Shown piece after piece: positions 46,315 through 54,670 of a DNA stretch of 64,000 nucleotides. The stretch is from a bacterium. GTDB taxonomy: Bacteria > UBA8248 > JACPRG01 > G963555815. The stretch lies in NCBI GenBank assembly GCA_965218795.1, contig OZ244653.1:4032001-4096000 (forward strand), read 5' to 3'. Position 1 is the first letter of the stretch, and every line of letters starts with the position of its first letter. The notes under the pieces were generated by a model. It was not told where the DNA came from. It ran no database searches and saw only the letters and a list, made by a program, of their open reading frames with translations. The translations under genes were made by a program, and so were the position numbers.

Positions 46315-47214
46315 ATGGTTCAAGTTCCGGGAACGGACGGCATCGGACCGCCGGGAGACGTTTCCGCTCGGCCTCACGGCCGGGGCGCGGATTCCGCCGA
46401 GCGGGCCAAGGGGTCCACGGTCGATTCGAGGGACGCTCAGCCGGCCGGCCGAATCGCATCCGCGTTCCGGGATTACGCCGCGCCGGCCCTGCTGCTTCTG
46501 GGCTTCCTGGTCGTCTGGCAGTTGGTGGTTCTCACCTTCAATCTCCCCCATTACATTCTTCCCTCCCCGCTGAGGGTCCTCCGGACCTTTGTTCAGGCGT
46601 GGGATATTCTTCTCCTCCATACGGGCCGCACCGTTCTCGAGGTCTTGGTGGGTTTTGCCCTAGCGCTGGTGTCGGGTTTCAGCCTGGCGGTGGGAATTTC
46701 GTCATCCCCGACCTTGCGGAGGGCGCTCTACCCGTTGGTCATCGCGTCCCAGACCGTTCCCGTCATCGCCATCGCCCCATTGCTCATTGTCTGGTTCGGA
46801 TACGATCTGACGCCCAAGGTGATCATGACGGCCCTGATCGCCTTCTTCCCCATCGTTGTCAATTCGGTGGACGGATTGGAGGCGACGGACCCGGAACTGA
46901 TTGATCTCATGCGACTTCTGCGCGCCGGATGGTGGCAGGGCTTTTGGAAGGTCCGATTTCCCGGGGCGTTGCCGTTTATTTTTTCCGGGATGAAGATCGC
47001 GGCGGCAGTCAGTGTGATCGGAGCCGTCGTTGGGGAATGGGTCGGCGCGGATGAAGGTCTCGGCTTCCTGATGATTCGGGCCAACGCCCAACTCAGGACC
47101 GATCTGGTCTTCGCCTCGATCGCCGTCCTGTCGGCGATGGGAATTTTATTGTTCCTGGGAGTCTGTGCGTTGGAGCGCATCAGCATGCCGTGGGAGAGAA
47201 GGGAGCAGGCGTGA
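46315..47214 (+). CDS. ABC permease, ThiX-like (NitT/TauT)
   Basis: ILPSP, QTVPVIAIAPL, FFPI and GAVVGEW..GLG motifs; under the TPP riboswitch. Confidence 0.9.
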   Translation: MVQVPGTDGIGPPGDVSARPHGRGADSAERAKGSTVDSRDAQPAGRIASAFRDYAAPALLLLGFLVVWQLVVLTFNLPHYILPSPLRVLRTFVQAWDILLLHTGRTVLEVLVGFALALVSGFSLAVGISSSPTLRRALYPLVIASQTVPVIAIAPLLIVWFGYDLTPKVIMTALIAFFPIVVNSVDGLEATDPELIDLMRLLRAGWWQGFWKVRFPGALPFIFSGMKIAAAVSVIGAVVGEWVGADEGLGFLMIRANAQLRTDLVFASIAVLSAMGILLFLGVCALERISMPWERREQA

Positions 47215-47288
47215 TGTCTCCGCCGCTTGCATGGATGGAGCGAAACGACCGGCTGGACATCCAGCCGGGTGCGAAAGGAGGGTTCGAT

Positions 47289-48284
47289 ATGCCGATACGC
47301 CGGATCAAGGGAATCGTGTTGGGTTTCATGGTTTTTCTGGGAATTGTTTGCGCGCAGGAAATCGCCGGGCCGGGCGCGGCGGCCGCCGCGGACCGCGTGA
47401 GCCTTCGTCTGGACTGGACGCCCTGGTCGCTCCACACGTTTCTGTTCGCGGCCAGGGAGAAGGGGTTTTTCCGGTCCGAGGACTTGGATGTTCGGCTCTA
47501 CACTCCGGCCAAGCCGCAGGACACGCTGAAGCTGGTCGGCGTGGGAAAGGATCACTTCGGTCTAAGTTATCAAACCGATACGATCATCGGGCGATCGGAG
47601 GACCTCCCCGTGGTGTCGGTCGCGGCAATCGTCCAGCACCCCCTGAACGTCATGCTGACGATGAAGGAGTCGGGTCTGACGCACCCCAAACAGCTCAAGG
47701 GGAAAAAGATCGGCTCCCCGATGATCCCATCCGACGATGCCTTTCTCCAGACCATCGCCCAGACTCACGGGATGACGATGAAGGATTTCCGGGTGGTCAA
47801 CGTGGGGTTCAACCTGGTTCCCCCGTTGTTGGCCGGTAAGGTGGATGCCGTCATCGGGACGTACTGGGTCTGGGAGAAGGTTCAGATCGAGCTCGAGGGG
47901 AAGCAGGTCAACGTTATCCGGCTCACCGACCACGGCGTTCCGGATTTCTACGAGTCGGTTCTGATCGCGAGCGACGGCCTGATCCGGAAGAATCCGAACA
48001 TCATCCGTCGATTCCTTCGGGCCGCGGATCGGGGGTGGAAGTTCGTCATCCGAGACCCCGAAGCGGCGTTGAACATACTGCTGAGAAAGAACAAAGACCT
48101 TCGGCCGGAGTTGGCGCGCCAGGCCATCCAATTGCTGATCCCGCTGGTGCGCAACGGTGTCCCGAAGATCGGCTGGCAGACGGAAGCCAAGTGGCGGGAG
48201 TTGCGCGATTACATGCTGGACAGTAAGTTGGTTCGGAAGAGCGTTCCCGTGAAGTCCCTCTTCACAACGTCCTTCCTCCCGTAA
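47289..48284 (+). CDS. ABC substrate-binding protein, ThiY-like (NMT1/THI5)
   Basis: LDWTP...HT, SYQ, VNVGFNL and HGVPDFYE motifs; AAGGAGG RBS. Confidence 0.88.
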   Translation: MPIRRIKGIVLGFMVFLGIVCAQEIAGPGAAAAADRVSLRLDWTPWSLHTFLFAAREKGFFRSEDLDVRLYTPAKPQDTLKLVGVGKDHFGLSYQTDTIIGRSEDLPVVSVAAIVQHPLNVMLTMKESGLTHPKQLKGKKIGSPMIPSDDAFLQTIAQTHGMTMKDFRVVNVGFNLVPPLLAGKVDAVIGTYWVWEKVQIELEGKQVNVIRLTDHGVPDFYESVLIASDGLIRKNPNIIRRFLRAADRGWKFVIRDPEAALNILLRKNKDLRPELARQAIQLLIPLVRNGVPKIGWQTEAKWRELRDYMLDSKLVRKSVPVKSLFTTSFLP

Positions 48285-48321
48285 GGCGCGAGGGGGGCGG
48301 CCGGCTGAAAGGAAACCGACC

Positions 48322-49479
48322 ATGAATGGCCCCCCCGCATCGGCCGATGGATCTCTGACCCCGGGCCTGGCTACGCCGGAGGGAACGGCCGCCTACCGGG
48401 ACCGATTCGCCGAGGCCACCGCCGAGGGACACTACCGGCCTTATCAGGACCTGTGGGTTTCCTCCATCGGAATCGGCACCTACCTGGGCGATGAGGACGA
48501 AGAGACCGACCGGTTGTACCGTGAGTCCGTGGCCCTCTGCCTGGACCTCGGATGCAACGTCATCGATACCGCGGTGAACTACCGTTGCCAGCGCAGCGAG
48601 CGGTCGATCGGTGAAGGTTTGCAGGATGCGTTTGTCAAGGGCGGGGTCCGTCGGGAAGAGGTCGTCGTGACCACAAAAGGCGGGTTCATCCCGTTTGACG
48701 GACAACAGCCCACAAGCCAGGATGATTTTCTGGGCTATGTCGTGAACACTTTTCTCGCGCCGGGCATTATCCAGAAGGAGGACATCGTTGCGGGCTGTCA
48801 CTGCATGGCGCCGGCCTACATCGAGCACCAACTGGAAACGAGCCGGAAAAATCTCGGCCTGGGCGGCTTGGACGTTTATTACATCCACAACCCGGAGACC
48901 CAGCTTCAGGAGGTCTCCCGGGAAGAGTTCCTCTCCCGCATTCGGGTCGCCTTCGAGACACTCGAGAAGAACGTCAGCGACGGCAAAATCAGCTATTACG
49001 GCACCGCCACCTGGTCGGGGTACCGCCAGAAGTCCGACGCGCAGGACTATCTATCCCTCGCCGAGCTGGTGGATGCCGCGAAAGAAGTGGCCGGAGCGGA
49101 TCATCACTTCAAGGCCATCCAGTTGCCTCTGAACCTGGGAATGCCCGAGGCTGTCGCGCTGGCCAACCAGCCGGTGAACGGCGAGACGACCTCCCTGTTG
49201 AACGCCGCGAACGAGTTCGGCATATCCCTGATGGCGAGCGCGTCGATCTTCCAGGGCCGCGTGGCGCAAAACCTGCCGGATTTCGTGGGGGAGGCCTTTC
49301 CCGGATTGCAGTCCGACGCCCAGCGCGCGCTGCAGTTCGTCCGGTCGACACCCGGCATGACCGTTGCCTTGATCGGGATGAAGCAGACGGCTCACGTGGA
49401 CGAGAACCTCGCCCTTGCCGGCGTCCCTCCAGCCTCCGTGGAAGACTACCAGAAGCTCTTCAAGCCGCAGGACGGTTGA
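48322..49479 (+). CDS. Aldo/keto reductase
   Basis: SSIGIGTYLG, IDTAVNY, VVTTKGG, LDVYYIHNPE and ALIGM motifs. Confidence 0.93.
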   Translation: MNGPPASADGSLTPGLATPEGTAAYRDRFAEATAEGHYRPYQDLWVSSIGIGTYLGDEDEETDRLYRESVALCLDLGCNVIDTAVNYRCQRSERSIGEGLQDAFVKGGVRREEVVVTTKGGFIPFDGQQPTSQDDFLGYVVNTFLAPGIIQKEDIVAGCHCMAPAYIEHQLETSRKNLGLGGLDVYYIHNPETQLQEVSREEFLSRIRVAFETLEKNVSDGKISYYGTATWSGYRQKSDAQDYLSLAELVDAAKEVAGADHHFKAIQLPLNLGMPEAVALANQPVNGETTSLLNAANEFGISLMASASIFQGRVAQNLPDFVGEAFPGLQSDAQRALQFVRSTPGMTVALIGMKQTAHVDENLALAGVPPASVEDYQKLFKPQDG

Positions 49480-49555
49480 TGACGAGCACGCTGTCCGGAG
49501 CGAAGGCGAACGCAATAGGGTCCGCCAATACACCGAGTACAACCCGCAGCAATGG

Positions 49556-49630
49556 GCAGTGGACAAAACTCCGCCCGTCCCGGCTGAGGACTACGTCAAG
49601 CTTTTCCAAAAGCCGGAGGAGGAGAGTTGA
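49556..49630 (+). repeat. Second, short copy of the AKR 3' end
   Basis: Encodes AVDKTPPVPAEDYVKLFQKPEEES*; 49556-49618 is 54/63 nt identical to 54581-54643. Confidence 0.8.
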
Positions 49631-49785
49631 TTTTGTGATCACAGATCGGGGAAACAACCGGCAGAGCCTGGACATTGGCCTCTCGGGTACTAGACGAGTT
49701 TCTTGGAACGTGTTTGAATTCAATCGTTCGGTCCCATGATACTCAATCGCGACAAAGTTCTTATCAATAGCCTGAGGAATGCTGG

Positions 49786-50544
49786 GTGGAGCTTGAGGGC
49801 AGGGTCGTCATCATTACCGGTGCCGCACGCGGAATCGGAAAGGTCTATGCCAAGGCTGTCGCAGCAGGAGGCGATAAAGTCGTTGTTTCTGACATTCTTG
49901 ATGGGGAGGAAGTTGCGGAGGAGATCTGCAAGGACGGCGGAGAAGCCATATTTGTTCAGACCGATGCGTCGGACGAGAAGAGTCTAAACGATCTCGCGAA
50001 AACCGCGCACAGACGGTATGGTCGCATCGATGGGTTGGTGAACAACGCCGCGATTTTCGCCAACATTCATTATTGTCCCTTCGATGAAATTACTGTGGAA
50101 GAGTGGGATGCCGTCATGTCGGTCAACGTCAAAGGCGTTTGGCTCGCTTCCAAGGCGGTCTATCCCTATATGAAGGTCCAGGGGTCGGGAAAGATCGTCA
50201 ACATTGCTTCAGGCGTCCCATTCAAGGGAACCCCTATCTTCGCACACTACACCGTATCAAAAGGGGCCGTGATGACGCTGACGAGGGTGTTGGCGAGGTC
50301 GATGGGAAAGGATGGTATCTGTGTCAATACGCTGGCCCCGGGCCTGACGCGCAGTGAGAGCCTGGCGGAATTGCATCTGGCCCGGCTGGACCGGGATGAT
50401 GCCATTGAAATTCAGTTGCGGGCAATCCCGCGCAGCGAGTATCCCGAGGACTTGGTGGGGGCCCTCGTATTCCTCCTCTCAGGGGCCGCCGATTTCATCA
50501 CGGGCCAGACCCTCCTGGTCGACGGCGGGTCCTTCATGAACTAG
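49786..50544 (+). CDS. Short-chain dehydrogenase/reductase
   Basis: TGAARGIG, NNA, YTVSK and ITGQTLLVDGG motifs; GTG start. Confidence 0.93.
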   Translation: MELEGRVVIITGAARGIGKVYAKAVAAGGDKVVVSDILDGEEVAEEICKDGGEAIFVQTDASDEKSLNDLAKTAHRRYGRIDGLVNNAAIFANIHYCPFDEITVEEWDAVMSVNVKGVWLASKAVYPYMKVQGSGKIVNIASGVPFKGTPIFAHYTVSKGAVMTLTRVLARSMGKDGICVNTLAPGLTRSESLAELHLARLDRDDAIEIQLRAIPRSEYPEDLVGALVFLLSGAADFITGQTLLVDGGSFMN

Positions 50545-50749
50545 GGACTCCCGTCCATGACCCATGCCTCATGGTGTCTTGGATTGAGCCCGACGTCTTT
50601 TCTTTTCTCGCCGACAATGGTCTAGAAAGGTCGGTTGGGTATCGGAGAGATAGTCCCCCCTGGCTCTGTTTGGTGGTAAACTCTTCTTCAATCAAAATGA
50701 CAGACAGTTTCATGAGAATGTTCGTGAACAATAGAGGGGGGGCTTCCCC

Positions 50750-51409
50750 ATGGTCATGGACAGCAAGGAATTCGCGATTCGCGTTATCTCCAATTCGGAC
50801 AAGTACGCCGGGCGTCTTAGCGAAAAGATCCTGGATCCTGTGACTTTCCTGGATCGGGATAATCTCGTGATGATCTACAAGCGGCGCATGTGGTACGAGT
50901 ACCACCTCGGGGTTCTGCCTCCTGCCAAACAGATCACCCAGCTCTCTTACGAGGATCTGGATCTTCGGTGGCTGCTAACCGAACAACTCGCGGAGGAATA
51001 CCATCATTCGCGGGTTTTCTCCGATTTGTTGAAAGAGATGGGAGAAGATTGGGATATTACCCACTTCGAGCCTCGGCCGGAATATATTGATGTTGTGCAT
51101 AACACCTTGGACTTTGACACGCCATGGGAGATTGCCGCGTCCCTTCAGGTGACTGGAGAAGTCATGCTGATCTCTATTCTCAAATGGCTGCAAACGCTCG
51201 TGGAGCCCCGGATCGCTCAGATCATCGAGGATGAGGTTCTCATTCACGAGGGAAAGCATATCCGGTTAGGGCGAATGATCCTGGAGCGGTTTGCGACCAC
51301 GGCGGAACGGCAAAGACGAGTCGTCGAGATTTCGGAGACGAAATTTGAAAGCCTCTGTGCAGCCCACGATGTCAGGTTCTATGGCACCATCAAGACGGAA
51401 GTGGACTAA
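50750..51409 (+). CDS. Ferritin-like di-iron four-helix-bundle protein
   Basis: WYE...EEYHH...TGE...HEGKH gives an E/ExxH/E/ExxH ligand pattern. Confidence 0.7.
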   Translation: MVMDSKEFAIRVISNSDKYAGRLSEKILDPVTFLDRDNLVMIYKRRMWYEYHLGVLPPAKQITQLSYEDLDLRWLLTEQLAEEYHHSRVFSDLLKEMGEDWDITHFEPRPEYIDVVHNTLDFDTPWEIAASLQVTGEVMLISILKWLQTLVEPRIAQIIEDEVLIHEGKHIRLGRMILERFATTAERQRRVVEISETKFESLCAAHDVRFYGTIKTEVD

Positions 51410-51441
51410 CCCAGTTTGCATCATGAAGAAGGGGGGGCACC

Positions 51442-51615
51442 ATGTGGGAGAGCGTCAAGGAGAAGATCGACCAGGCCGCCCAAATCCTGATGGAGCAGAT
51501 GGAGGCGTCTGGCAAGCCCTATCCCGCTGATGTCTATCTCCTCTGGAACGACTTAGCATTCCTGCAATACGTATTGGATGTGAAGGTCGAATATTGGGGC
51601 GCCAAGGAAAGGTGA
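51442..51615 (+). CDS. Small protein (57 aa) absent from the ORF track
   Basis: AAGGGGGGG RBS; ATG..TGA encodes MWESVKEKIDQAAQILMEQMEASGKPYPADVYLLWNDLAFLQYVLDVKVEYWGAKER; fills the operon gap. Confidence 0.7.
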   Translation: MWESVKEKIDQAAQILMEQMEASGKPYPADVYLLWNDLAFLQYVLDVKVEYWGAKER

Positions 51616-51723
51616 TTGTCCCCCCCTTCCGCCGACGGCACAATGAGGGAACCGAAAACCCTTTCGGGCCAAACGCAACAAGGAGATCAAAGCGGGACTC
51701 AAGAACCCATGGAGGACTATGTG

Positions 51724-52752
51724 ATGAAGCAATGCAGCGCTCAACCGATTGTAAGGCTTTTCCTGTGTGTGTTGGCTGTTCTTGTCTGGGGCCTGTCGAC
51801 CGGCGGTCTTACAGCGGCCGCGGCCGAGAAGGCCACCCTGCAAGCCGCCTGGATCATCGACTCGGGTCTCTCCGGAATGTATCTAGCCATCGACAAGGGA
51901 TATTTCAAAAAAGCGGACATTGATCTTTCCATAACGCGAGGCTTCGGTTCCTCTGACACGACCAAGAAAGTGGCCAGTGGAGCCGTGTTGTTCGGCCAGG
52001 CGGATACGGGTGCATTGGTGGTCGGCCGCAGCCAGGGGCTGAAGGCCAAGTCCTTGCTGATGTACTCCAACCACTCCATGTACGGCATCTGGGCGCTTAA
52101 AGGATCCGGGATCACGAAGCCGAAGGACCTGGTTGGCAAAAAGTGGGGAACGACGGCCGGGGACGTAACGCGAACGCTGTTTCCCGCTTTTGCCAGCGTG
52201 AATGGGTTTGACCCCAAAGCGGTTCATACCGTTCTGATGGACCCGGCGTCTCTGAGCGCGAGTTTGATAAGCGGGAAGGTCGACGCCATTGCCAGCTTCC
52301 TGGTTCGGGGTCCCGTCCTAAACTCAATGGCCGCCAAGCAAGGAAAGGGAGTGGTCTCTATCCCCTGGCATCAATGGGGTATCTCGATGTACTCGCTCGG
52401 ACTCATCGCGAGGGATGAGACCATCGCCTCTCGATCGGACTTCGTTCAGGGGTTCATTCGGGCGAGCCAAAAGGGGATCAAGCACGAGCTTGAAAATCCG
52501 AACGATGCGATCGCGGCGCTTCTCAAGCGTCATCCGGAGCGGAGTCGAGGTCTGGCGCGGAAGACTCTCGATATTTACCACGCCCATCTTGTCACTCCGT
52601 CCGTGAAAGAAAAGGGAATTGGCTTCATCGACCGAAAAAAGATGGAATACACCCGGGATCTCATCACAAGATATCGGAGTCTCAAGGTGACGGTCCCCGT
52701 TGACGACCTATTTACGAACCAGTTCCTCTCCCCCCTCAAGCCGAACATATAG
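51724..52752 (+). CDS. NMT1/THI5-like ABC substrate-binding protein
   Basis: Signal peptide; AIDKGYF, RGFGS, KPKDLVGK and FTNQFL motifs; GGAGGA RBS. Confidence 0.88.
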   Translation: MKQCSAQPIVRLFLCVLAVLVWGLSTGGLTAAAAEKATLQAAWIIDSGLSGMYLAIDKGYFKKADIDLSITRGFGSSDTTKKVASGAVLFGQADTGALVVGRSQGLKAKSLLMYSNHSMYGIWALKGSGITKPKDLVGKKWGTTAGDVTRTLFPAFASVNGFDPKAVHTVLMDPASLSASLISGKVDAIASFLVRGPVLNSMAAKQGKGVVSIPWHQWGISMYSLGLIARDETIASRSDFVQGFIRASQKGIKHELENPNDAIAALLKRHPERSRGLARKTLDIYHAHLVTPSVKEKGIGFIDRKKMEYTRDLITRYRSLKVTVPVDDLFTNQFLSPLKPNI

Positions 52753-53035
52753 GGAGGTGAAAAGGGACGGAATCGGAGAACTTCAAAGTCAAGGGAATGC
52801 CATGAAATCGAAGGAGAAATTCGAAGGGTATCGAATCGTATATTGAGCAAGGGGGAAAGGACGAAAGAGTGTTTGATTCCCCATTAGGATCCCCGACTCA
52901 CCTTTTGTGGTCGGTTTGAGGACTGCTCGCAAAGTCCGGACGGTGCGAGCAGTCCTTTCTTTTTTTTGCACAATTTGCCGTACATGAATGCCCCTGAAGT
53001 CCTTGGCCTCCTGAGCCGAGCCAGAGAGAAGCCGG

Positions 53036-54451
53036 ATGCCGAAAACAAAAGTTGATCTTCTCATCAAGCACGCCGTCATCATCACCATGAACAAAAACAG
53101 GGAAGTCTTGTGGGACGGGGCCATCGCGCTGCGGGCGAAAAGGATTGTCGACGTGGGATCCTCTTCTTCTCTGGTACGAAAGTACGAGGGAAAGATCGAA
53201 ATGGAGGCTCGCCAGAAGCTCGTTCTCCCCGGGCTTGTCAATGCCCACAATCATATGTTCGGCGCCCTGTGTCGGGGATTGGTCAACGACCATCCGCTGA
53301 TCCCCTGGCTGAAAAAGAAGGTGTACCTGACCTCGACCGGCCTGGATGAGGAAAGCTATTATCTGAGCACCCTCCTCCTCGGCATTGAGATGCTGAAGTC
53401 CGGCACCACTTGCGTCGTCGACTGCGGGACCATGCCCGGTCTTGAAACGAGCGCGGTTCACGCAATCGAGGAACTCGGGATGAAGGCCGTTCTCGCCCGG
53501 ACCATGGTGGACATCACGGGGGATGATTCCAGCCAGCCCTACCGAAAAAGGCAGACGACCCAGAAAATCCTTCGGGACTCAGAGCGGTTCGTACAGAAGC
53601 ACCACGGAGACGCCCAAGGGAGAATCCAGGCTTGGTTCTGCCCCATTCAGACCTGGTGTATATCGGACCCACTTTGCAAAAAGGCCTTGCGCCTGGCCGA
53701 ACAGTACGATTCAGGATTGGCCACACACGCTTCCGTGGACAGGGTGGAGGTGGAGCTCTGCAGGGAGCGTTTTGGCTACACGCCCATTGAGCGCTTTCAC
53801 CGATTGGGGGTTCTCGGCCCGCGCCTTCTCGCGGCGCACATGGGTTGGGTCACAGACAAGGAGATCAGTCTCATCCTCAAAACAGGGGCTCATATCGCCC
53901 ACTGTCCGGGTTCCAGTATGAAATGCGCTTCCGGGGCCTTAACGCACGGCCAGATTCCCTTGATGGAGGCATTGGGCGCCAACATCGCTCTTGGCACGGA
54001 CGGACCGGCCGCCGGCAATTACCAGGATATGTTCCGGGTCATGTATCTAGGAGCGGTCGGCCACAAGGAGGCACACCTGGACTCTCGTGCGATCCCCCCG
54101 GAGACCGTCCTGGAATGGGGGACCCTCAATGGCGCAAAGGCCGTGGGCTGGGGAGACCAGATGGGATCACTCGAGAAGGGGAAGCGGGCGGACTTGGTGA
54201 TCCTAAATCTCAAGCGGCCGGAATTCATTCCGCTTCACTCCGACACACTGCTCCCGAACCTCATCTACGCGGCCACCGGCAGCTGCGTAGAGACCGTTCT
54301 CGTGGATGGCAAGGTCCTGGTCGAAAACGGACGCGTAACGACCGTGGATGAAGATGAGGTCATCCACCGGATTTCGCATTTCACGGATCGCTTTGTCGGT
54401 CTCGCCCGGGATTGGGAAAGAAAGTACGCCAATGAAAATTTCATGGGTTGA
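53036..54451 (+). CDS. Amidohydrolase (MtaD/AtzB-like deaminase family)
   Basis: PGLVNAHNH, SGTT, THASV, AAH, HCPGS, LGTDG and GKRADL motifs. Confidence 0.9.
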   Translation: MPKTKVDLLIKHAVIITMNKNREVLWDGAIALRAKRIVDVGSSSSLVRKYEGKIEMEARQKLVLPGLVNAHNHMFGALCRGLVNDHPLIPWLKKKVYLTSTGLDEESYYLSTLLLGIEMLKSGTTCVVDCGTMPGLETSAVHAIEELGMKAVLARTMVDITGDDSSQPYRKRQTTQKILRDSERFVQKHHGDAQGRIQAWFCPIQTWCISDPLCKKALRLAEQYDSGLATHASVDRVEVELCRERFGYTPIERFHRLGVLGPRLLAAHMGWVTDKEISLILKTGAHIAHCPGSSMKCASGALTHGQIPLMEALGANIALGTDGPAAGNYQDMFRVMYLGAVGHKEAHLDSRAIPPETVLEWGTLNGAKAVGWGDQMGSLEKGKRADLVILNLKRPEFIPLHSDTLLPNLIYAATGSCVETVLVDGKVLVENGRVTTVDEDEVIHRISHFTDRFVGLARDWERKYANENFMG

Positions 54452-54459
54452 TTCGGAGC

Positions 54460-54658
54460 GAGGCCTTCCCAGGGTTCGAGACCGATGCCCCAGCGGGCCG
54501 TCCAGTTCGTCCGCTCCACGCCCGGGATGACCGTTGCCCTGATCGGGATGCGGCAGACCGCCCACGTCGAGGAAAACCTGGCCGTGGCCAAAACCCCGCC
54601 CACTCCGGCCGAGGACTACGTCAAGCTTTTTCAAACGCCGGAGGGAAAGGGATTGTGA
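54460..54658 (+). pseudogene. Third copy of the AKR 3' end, with a +1 frameshift
   Basis: EAFPGFETDA/QRAVQFVRSTPGMTVALIGMRQTAHVEENLAVAKTPPTPAEDYVKLF; 44/57 aa identical to the segment starting at 49291; extra C near 54490. Confidence 0.9.
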
Positions 54659-54670
54659 TTGGAAATCCCC

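Noticed and set aside
49291-54658. Diversity-generating retroelement TR/VR pair among the AKR 3' copies
   Set aside because: No reverse transcriptase is in the window; many mismatches are synonymous third-position changes and they are not adenine-specific.
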